Shown here: positions 1 through 3,925 of the stretch, piece by piece
Position numbering within the stretch: the stretch's first letter is position 1
Layout: each line of letters starts with the position of its first letter
Virus record (IMG/VR): IMGVR_UViG_2713896784_000030
Origin: a virus
Lineage: Duplodnaviria; Heunggongvirae; Uroviricota; Caudoviricetes
Reading direction: 5' to 3' (one strand)
DNA: 3,925 nt
Translations under genes and position numbers: made by a program
Notes under the pieces: generated by a model
Seen by the model: the letters and a program-made list of their open reading frames with translations, nothing else
The model's database searches: none
Told to the model about the DNA's origin: nothing

Positions 1-162
1 ATTACGAGCCAGGGCTTCCGGATGGCTGTCGTCGTACAGTTCCGGGAACGTCATCCCCAGTTCGAAATAAGTCCGGGCTATTTCAGCTGCAGGAACTTTC
101 TCACCATCAGGATATGCCCAGGCATTCATCGCCATGCGGATGTGCTCATGTTTGATTTTCAT
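1..162 (-). CDS. ydaT: Partial CDS (first 54 codons; continues beyond window start): YdaT-like prophage protein
   Basis: Not in the ORF track because it runs off the window. Hand translation of the minus strand from ATG (plus 160-162) gives MKIKHEHIRMAMNAWAYPDGEKVPAAEIARTYFELGMTFPELYDDSHPEALARN, open to position 1. AAGAGG-like Shine-Dalgarno about 10 nt upstream. The start overlaps the last 17 nt of the upstream ydaS-like gene. Name from recalled similarity to Rac prophage YdaT and from synteny, not from a search. Confidence 0.55.
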   Translation of the reverse strand, partial: MKIKHEHIRMAMNAWAYPDGEKVPAAEIARTYFELGMTFPELYDDSHPEALARN

Positions 163-469
163 GAATCATTTGCCTCTTGATGCTTCGGGTATGATCGTTT
201 TCGTCATTTGGTTGCTTCATCGACATATTCTGCGAATAACATGACGAGCGTCGTAAGTATGTCCAATCAACATCAGGACGAAGTTCTTCACACAGGACAC
301 CACCTTTTGTTGCTCGTTCAATCGCAGGACATCTCTCAGCAGGCAACTGACGTACACCTTTGATCCATTGATTTACGCTTGGAGGAGATACACCTAAAAG
401 CCTAGCCATTGCTGATTGCCCACCGACAACAGCACAAGCTCGTTTGAATGAATAGTTATCTTTTTTCAT
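146..469 (-). CDS. ydaS: Cro/YdaS-family helix-turn-helix regulator (107 aa)
   Basis: The ORF-track entry 146..490 starts at GTG. I place the start at the internal ATG (plus 467-469) because GGAG lies 8 nt upstream on the coding strand. Product MKKDNYSFKRACAVVGGQSAMARLLGVSPPSVNQWIKGVRQLPAERCPAIERATKGG... has the HTH signature of YdaS/Cro-like regulators. Divergent from the repressor gene across an operator region. Stop is TGA at plus 146-148. Confidence 0.8.
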   Translation of the reverse strand: MKKDNYSFKRACAVVGGQSAMARLLGVSPPSVNQWIKGVRQLPAERCPAIERATKGGVLCEELRPDVDWTYLRRSSCYSQNMSMKQPNDENDHTRSIKRQMIHENQT

Positions 470-496
470 CGAATGAACTCCAAAAAACACACAATA

Positions 497-526
497 ATAT
501 TAGGCTTAGCCTAATGCAATTGTCAA
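497..526 (-). promoter_or_regulatory. Sigma70-type promoter for the ydaS/ydaT operon (pR-like)
   Basis: On the minus strand there is a perfect -35 TTGACA (complement of plus 521-526), then an 18-nt spacer and TAATAT (complement of plus 497-502). Both elements are overlapped by the operator palindromes at 499-515 and 526-540. Inferred from consensus only. Confidence 0.45.
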
Positions 527-565
527 TAGGCTATGCCTAACGCTTCGAGAGTAGGTATTGCCTAA
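499..565. promoter_or_regulatory. Operator cluster: three TTAGGC-N3-GCCTAA-type palindromes between the divergent ydaS-like and racR-like genes
   Basis: Site A, 499-515: ATTAGGCT-T-AGCCTAAT, a perfect 8+1+8 inverted repeat. Site B, 526-540: aTAGGC-TAT-GCCTAa. Site C, 551-565: TAGGT-ATT-GCCTAa, one mismatch. The palindromes are seen directly; which protein binds them (presumably the adjacent repressor) is inference. Confidence 0.55.
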
Positions 566-593
566 TGCGATGCGCATAGGAGACTATTAAGCA

Positions 594-1070
594 ATGCTTA
601 GTGGTAAAGACTTAGGCCGAGCGATAGAGCAGGCCATTAACAAAAAAATTGCATCAGGAGCCGTCAAATCAAAGGCGGAAATCGCACGTCATTTCAAAGT
701 CCAACCACCATCAATCCATGACTGGATTAAGAAAGGTTCGATAAGTAAAGACAAACTTCCAGAACTATGGCGTTTCTTTTCTGATGTGGTTGGTCCAGAG
801 CATTGGGGGCTTAACGAATACCCCATACCAACCCCATCCACTTCAGATACAAAAAGTGAACTTTTAGACATAAACAGCCTTTATCAAGCCGCCTCTGATG
901 AAAAAAGAGCAATTGTGGCTTTCCTCTTATCTGGAAATGCTACGGAGCCTAGTTGGGTTGATCATGACGTTCGTGCCTACATTGCCGCAATGGAAATGAA
1001 GGTAGCTAACTATCTGAAAAATCAAGAATCAAAACGGAAAAGCCAGAACATCACCAAGACAGGAACTTAA
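594..1070 (+). CDS. racR: Prophage repressor, RacR-like (158 aa), occupying the cI position
   Basis: ATG at 594 with AGGAG at 578-582. N-terminal HTH-like segment (...AVKSKAEIARHFKVQPPSIHDWIKKG...). The gene lies between two outward-facing promoter/operator modules, as lambda cI lies between pL and pR. Length and sequence agree with my recollection of Rac RacR; not verified by search. Confidence 0.8.
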   Translation: MLSGKDLGRAIEQAINKKIASGAVKSKAEIARHFKVQPPSIHDWIKKGSISKDKLPELWRFFSDVVGPEHWGLNEYPIPTPSTSDTKSELLDINSLYQAASDEKRAIVAFLLSGNATEPSWVDHDVRAYIAAMEMKVANYLKNQESKRKSQNITKTGT

Positions 1071-1083
1071 ACTTATATGGTCC

Positions 1084-1107
1084 GACGGGAAATTCCTAGT
1101 TCCCGTT
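1084..1107 (+). terminator. Weak candidate hairpin downstream of the racR-like gene
   Basis: GACGGGA (1084-1090) pairs with TCCCGTt (1101-1107) across a 10-nt loop, 14 nt after the racR stop. It is followed by TAGTTAACT rather than a clean T-run, so intrinsic terminator function is doubtful. Confidence 0.2.
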
Positions 1108-1164
1108 AGTTAACTCCTACTACCTCTCCCACAAACCATCACCTATTAGGTCGCACCCAAATCA

Positions 1165-1205
1165 TTAGGCGTAGCCTATTGACAAGCAATTAGGCATTTC
1201 CTATA
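1165..1205. promoter_or_regulatory. Second operator cluster (OL-like) with the same palindrome family
   Basis: Site D, 1165-1179: TTAGGC-GTA-GCCTAt, perfect core. Site E, 1190-1204: TTAGGC-ATT-tCCTAt, one mismatch. A weaker half-site-like element sits at 1146-1160. Same motif as at 499-565. Confidence 0.5.
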
Positions 1206-1207
1206 GT
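1179..1207 (+). promoter_or_regulatory. Sigma70-type promoter facing rightward toward ydaF-like, xis and int (pL-like)
   Basis: TTGACA (1179-1184), 17-nt spacer, TATAGT (1202-1207), both near consensus. The context cctaTTGACAa...TTAGGC... parallels the minus-strand promoter at 497-526, suggesting a duplicated promoter-operator module on each side of the repressor gene. Confidence 0.5.
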
Positions 1208-1307
1208 TTTCCCATACCAACCCATCCCGTCCCACACAATACAGGGCAATACCTAGAGTTACCCGGCAGTGGTCAGGGATTAAGTAGCCAGCCCGAGGCG
1301 TAAGAAC

Positions 1308-1538
1308 ATGACGGCAGGGTTCAACTTTAACTATGCAGCAGGTTTTTGTTCCGCTACCCCGGCGTTAAGGGGATATGAGGTCAGCATGGATACTCTTGAT
1401 CTTGGCAACAACGAATCTCTGGTGTGCGGCGTGTTTCCCAACCAGGACGGCACGTTCACCGCGATGACGTATACCAAAAGCAAAACGTTTAAAACCGAAT
1501 CTGGCGCGCGTCGCTGGTTAGCAAGAAACTCTGACTAA
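1308..1538 (+). CDS. ydaF: Small prophage protein, YdaF/YdfA-like (DUF1391-type), 76 aa
   Basis: ATG at 1308 with GAGG about 9 nt upstream. The C-terminal segment ...MDTLDLGNNESLVCGVFPNQDGTFTAMTYTKSKTFKTESGARRWLARNSD matches my memory of the small Rac/Qin proteins YdaF/YdfA. In K-12 this region is annotated as two short genes (ydaG and ydaF); here it is one continuous ORF. Position next to racR agrees with Rac synteny. Not verified by search. Confidence 0.6.
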   Translation: MTAGFNFNYAAGFCSATPALRGYEVSMDTLDLGNNESLVCGVFPNQDGTFTAMTYTKSKTFKTESGARRWLARNSD

Positions 1539-1652
1539 TGAAATCTGGTAATTAAGGAATCCTCCACGGGGGGAGAGTGGTGCACACGCGCCGGACACAA
1601 GCAAGCATCCGGCATGCTCTTTAACAATCTGGATATCCATAACAGTAAAAAT

Positions 1653-2144
1653 CTACAGATTGCCGTTCAGTTTTCTGGCCAACTCTTCAATAGATGGAGG
1701 TGATACGTAATCCGGATTTTTATTCATAAGAAACTGATTTTCACAGTACAGGCACCTGCTTTTATGAAAAAATTCATATTCTCTAACCGGGAATGGCTGA
1801 AGTATCGATACTATCTTTTGTCCAAAACATTTTGGACAAAGATGCATGATTATGCTGCCGCCGTTCACGGTTACCTCCTTCGAGTACACAAAAGTTCCCG
1901 ACTCAAGTTGGCTAAGGATATAACCTTCCGTCTGAGCCTCAAAGTTTTCAAATTCTGCAATTTTAGCTTTGAGAGAAGCATTTATTTCTTGATAAGTGCC
2001 CACCAGCTCAACGAGAGACACGCATTCGCGCTGAATAGATGCAAGCTTTGAGTTCAGTTCACCAATAGCCGCATTTACTTCAGCTTGAGTTTTTGCCTCG
2101 TTCATTAGTTTTGCAATCTGGGCGGTTTCACGAATAGCCGTCAT
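1653..2144 (-). CDS. Hypothetical protein: N-terminal coiled-coil plus C-terminal CxxC-X24-CxxC zinc-ribbon, no recognisable family (about 163 aa)
   Basis: The ORF-track entry 1653..2321 is trimmed to the internal ATG (plus 2142-2144). An alternative GTG start at 2168 has AAGAG 8 nt upstream. The upstream 5' extension runs through repeat-rich, noncoding-looking DNA. Product MTAIRETAQIAKLMNEAKTQAEVNAAIGELNSKLASIQRECVSLVELVGTYQEINASLKAKIAEFENF... has heptad-like hydrophobic spacing. It continues ...HLCPKCFGQKIVSILQPFPVREYEFFHKSRCLYCENQF... with two CxxC pairs. No hydrophobic stretch long enough for a transmembrane helix. Convergent with the ydaF-like gene and opposed to the pL-like operon. Confidence 0.6.
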   Translation of the reverse strand: MTAIRETAQIAKLMNEAKTQAEVNAAIGELNSKLASIQRECVSLVELVGTYQEINASLKAKIAEFENFEAQTEGYILSQLESGTFVYSKEVTVNGGSIIMHLCPKCFGQKIVSILQPFPVREYEFFHKSRCLYCENQFLMNKNPDYVSPPSIEELARKLNGNL

Positions 2145-2182
2145 TGCTGCCGTTAATTCAGCGATCACATTCAATACTCTTA

Positions 2183-2228
2183 TTGTTGTTGGGGATATCC
2201 AGATTAACAAGATCCTTGTTGTTGGGGA
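2183..2228. repeat. Two exact 13-bp direct repeats, TTGTTGTTGGGGA, 33 bp apart
   Basis: Copies at 2183-2195 and 2216-2228, each followed by (A)TA. They lie 40-85 bp upstream of the start of the minus-strand hypothetical gene. Confidence 0.6.
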
Positions 2229-2354
2229 ATAACGGGGACCACCTCGCCTGACGTGGTAAAAAGCAGGCACACAACACGAAAGCACACGGCGAGGGACACC
2301 ATTAAATGGTGGCTTAAGCAATCACGCGAAGCGCAATCTGCCATTATGACCGAT

Positions 2355-2404
2355 NNNNNNNNNNNNNNNNNNNNNNNNNNNNNNNNNNNNNNNNNNNNNN
2401 NNNN
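2355..2404. other. Assembly gap (run of 50 N)
   Basis: Fifty consecutive N characters. The true length and content are unknown, so any ORF drawn across it (ORF-track 2253..2507) is not interpretable as one gene. Confidence 0.95.
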
Positions 2405-2405
2405 A

Positions 2406-2507
2406 TTCGAAGGTGAGCGCCATAATGCACTTGATGACGCCCGTTACCAGGCAAAATACGTTTCAGTTATCTGGCAAAAACTGATCCCGAGTCAGGCTGA
2501 TTTTTAA
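2406..2507 (+). CDS. 3' end of a DnaQ-like (DEDDh) 3'-5' exonuclease gene; 5' part lies in or beyond the gap
   Basis: The post-gap reading frame gives FEGERHNALDDARYQAKYVSVIWQKLIPSQADF then TAA (2505-2507). HNALDDARY fits the Exo III motif (H-x-A-x-x-D-A) that lies near the C-terminus of DEDDh exonucleases. Only this terminal segment is visible. Confidence 0.45.
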   Translation, partial: FEGERHNALDDARYQAKYVSVIWQKLIPSQADF

Positions 2508-2518
2508 TGTTCAACCGT

Positions 2519-2550
2519 CGCCAGTTGTCGTTGATATTCTGCAACTGGCG
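2519..2550. repeat. Perfect 9-bp inverted repeat (CGCCAGTTG / CAACTGGCG) with 14-nt spacer, immediately upstream of the xis ribosome-binding site
   Basis: Plus 2519-2527 is the exact reverse complement of 2542-2550. It lies between the exonuclease stop (2507) and the GGAG (2557-2560) of xis. There is no downstream T-tract, so it is not a classic intrinsic terminator. Confidence 0.5.
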
Positions 2551-2568
2551 CGTTCCGGAGTGATAGCC

Positions 2569-2838
2569 ATGAGCGAACAGTACCTGATAACGCTCGACGA
2601 GTGGAAACCAAAACGGTTCAGTCTCCCAATAACAAACACTACCCTGGTGAAATACGGAAAACTAGGATACATCGTTCCAAGACCACAAAAAATTCGTGGG
2701 CGTTGGCTGATAGATCGCCGAGCAGTATTTGTTGGGCCTGGTGAAACGGGAATTGCGCCGGAAATTCATACTGGCGATGATGATGCACTGAAGGAGATTT
2801 TAACTCATGTCACCGAGGCCACGAAAAAACAGCACTGA
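2569..2838 (+). CDS. xis: Excisionase (lambda Xis-like), 89 aa
   Basis: ATG at 2569 with GGAG 8 nt upstream; the ORF-track start at 2560 is a GTG that overlaps the SD. N-terminus MSEQYLITLDEWKPKRFSLP... resembles lambda Xis MYLTLQEWNARQRRPRSL.... The 3' end overlaps the start of int by 32 nt, as in lambdoid phages. Confidence 0.7.
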   Translation: MSEQYLITLDEWKPKRFSLPITNTTLVKYGKLGYIVPRPQKIRGRWLIDRRAVFVGPGETGIAPEIHTGDDDALKEILTHVTEATKKQH

Positions 2839-3925
2839 CGTAGCCGGTCTTTACGAAAAGTTTGATCGCAGAACTGGCAGAGTTTACTACCAGTATAAAA
2901 ATCCTGTGACTGGAAAATTTCACGGACTCGGAACAGACAAAGGTAAGGCAGAAAAAATCGCTTCCACAGCCAATCAGCGAATAGCTGCAGCAGAAGCTGA
3001 ATATTTCATGCGCAAAATTGATGAAAGTCCGTCAGCAACAAAACGTCGGGGTATCAGATTAAAGGCATGGGTTGATCGATATCTGAAAATACAGGACACG
3101 CGACTGAAAAATGGAGATATTGCAGCTACAACTCACAAAGAAAAAACTCGAATGGCTGCATACCTGGTTTCCCGTCTGGGAAACCACCCATTGAAAGAAC
3201 TGGAAGTAAGAGACTTTGCATTAATACTGGATGAGTGGCTGGATAAAGACATGGTCAGTACAGCGAGAGTAAATCGTGGATTATGGGTTGATATTTATAA
3301 AGAAGCACAGCATGCAGGGGAAGTTCCTCCTGGATGGAATCCTCCGGAGGCTACCCGTAAACCGATCCCTAAAGTAACCAGAGCCAGGCTCACCATGGAA
3401 GACTGGCAAAAAATTTACAATGCAACGCCTGAAAAACACTTTATCCGTAACGCAATGCTTCTTGCGATTGTTACTGGTCAGCGCCGTGATGACATTTGCC
3501 ACATGCGTTTTTCAGATGTGTGGAACGAACACTTGCATATCACCCAGGGAAAAACCGGAATGCGTCTGGCGTTACCGCTTACACTACGCTGTGATGCCAT
3601 TGGGATAACGTTAAAAGAAGTTATTGATGGGTGCCGAGACAGAATATTAAGTCCATATCTAATCCATAGTCGGCACCAGAAACAACCGAAGCCGATGAGT
3701 AAAGACAACCTGAGCGACTACTTTGCCAAAGCACGGGATCTGGCTGGGGTAATTCCACCAGCAGGAAAAACTCCGCCAACATTTCATGAACAACGCTCTC
3801 TATCAGAACGGCTGTACCGTGCACAGGGTATCGATACAAAAACATTACTAGGACATAAAGTCCAGGCAACCACCGATCGCTATAACGATACTCGAGGTCA
3901 GGAATGGGTTAAGTTGGTTATTTGA
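2807..3925 (+). CDS. int: Lambda-family tyrosine integrase (site-specific recombinase), 372 aa
   Basis: ATG at 2807 with AAGGAG at 2791-2796. Extended similarity to lambda Int as recalled: TGQRRDD vs lambda TGQRVGD, PPTFHEQRSLSERLY vs PPTFHELRSLSARLY, LLGHKVQATTDRYNDTRGQEW vs LLGHKSDTMASQYRDDRGREW. This gives the catalytic Arg, His-x-x-Arg and Tyr in the expected order. TGA stop is the last three bases of the window. Confidence 0.95.
   Translation: MSPRPRKNSTDVAGLYEKFDRRTGRVYYQYKNPVTGKFHGLGTDKGKAEKIASTANQRIAAAEAEYFMRKIDESPSATKRRGIRLKAWVDRYLKIQDTRLKNGDIAATTHKEKTRMAAYLVSRLGNHPLKELEVRDFALILDEWLDKDMVSTARVNRGLWVDIYKEAQHAGEVPPGWNPPEATRKPIPKVTRARLTMEDWQKIYNATPEKHFIRNAMLLAIVTGQRRDDICHMRFSDVWNEHLHITQGKTGMRLALPLTLRCDAIGITLKEVIDGCRDRILSPYLIHSRHQKQPKPMSKDNLSDYFAKARDLAGVIPPAGKTPPTFHEQRSLSERLYRAQGIDTKTLLGHKVQATTDRYNDTRGQEWVKLVI

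Noticed and set aside
689-871. Minus-strand 60-aa ORF inside the racR-like gene
   Set aside because: Fully embedded antisense in a well-supported CDS, with no independent signal.
1071-1307. Possible small gene in the 237-bp racR to ydaF-like spacer
   Set aside because: No ORF of meaningful length in any frame. The interval is better explained by the pL-like promoter/operator module and leader.
1604-1622. Small hairpin AGCAT-ccggc-ATGCT followed by CTTT, between the convergent ydaF-like and novel genes
   Set aside because: Only a 5-bp AU-rich stem with a short, interrupted T-run. Too weak to call a bidirectional intrinsic terminator, though termination must occur somewhere in 1539-1652.
1764-2051. 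Plus-strand 95-aa ORF (MKKFIFSNREWLKYRYY...)
   Set aside because: It lies entirely antisense within the more convincing minus-strand coiled-coil/zinc-ribbon gene. The product is low-complexity and Lys/Phe-rich, typical of a shadow ORF in AT-rich DNA, and there is no convincing Shine-Dalgarno.
2183-2228. Possibility that the direct repeats are a CRISPR array
   Set aside because: Only two 13-bp copies, no adjacent cas genes, and repeat length and spacing unlike CRISPR. Treated as a regulatory or junction repeat instead.
1653-2321. Full 222-aa version of the minus-strand ORF as listed in the ORF track
   Set aside because: The first 59 codons are Pro/Arg/Cys-rich (…PRRVLSCCVPAFYHVRRGGPRYSPTTR…) and read through the direct-repeat region and noncoding-looking DNA. 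An internal ATG (2144) or GTG (2168, with AAGAG upstream) gives a cleaner protein beginning at the coiled-coil.
2253-2507. ORF-track 84-aa ORF spanning the N-run
   Set aside because: It crosses a 50-N assembly gap of unknown true length, so frame continuity is artificial. Only the post-gap C-terminal exonuclease motif is interpretable.
3281-3869. Four short ORFs inside int (3281..3502 -, 3420..3608 +, 3478..3708 -, 3621..3869 -)
   Set aside because: All are embedded in the integrase gene, which has clear lambda Int similarity across its full length. They are Cys/Arg/Trp-rich, as expected for off-frame translations.
3880-3925. att site or tRNA at the integrase end
   Set aside because: The window stops at the int stop codon. 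No tRNA-like or att core sequence can be assessed within the window.

Overview
This 3.9-kb window reads as the immunity-to-integration segment of a Rac-like lambdoid prophage from an enterobacterium (E. coli/Shigella type). All family names come from reading the translations and from memory of Rac and lambda proteins; no database search was possible.

Layout, left to right:
- 1..162 (-): 5' end of a ydaT-like gene, overlapping the 3' end of the next gene.
- 146..469 (-): ydaS-like Cro-type HTH gene.
- ~497..601: divergent control region with TTAGGC-N3-GCCTAA operator palindromes and a TTGACA -35 box for the leftward promoter.
- 594..1070 (+): racR-like repressor.
- 1165..1207: second, outward-facing promoter/operator module (pL-like, TTGACA-17-TATAGT) carrying the same palindromes.
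- 1308..1538 (+): small ydaF/DUF1391-like gene.
- 1653..2144 (-): AT-richer ORF of about 163 codons encoding a coiled-coil plus CxxC...CxxC zinc-ribbon protein that I cannot place in any known family. It is oriented against the early operon and sits where Rac carries sieB. This is the best candidate for an undescribed superinfection-exclusion or defence gene.
- 2183..2228: two exact 13-bp direct repeats upstream of that ORF.
- 2355..2404: 50-N assembly gap.
- 2406..2507 (+): 3' end of a DnaQ-like (DEDDh) exonuclease gene.
- 2519..2550: perfect 9-bp inverted repeat just upstream of xis.
- 2569..2838 (+) and 2807..3925 (+): overlapping xis and a lambda-type tyrosine integrase, which ends exactly at the window end, so any att site lies outside.

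No rRNA, tRNA, CRISPR array or transposase was seen.
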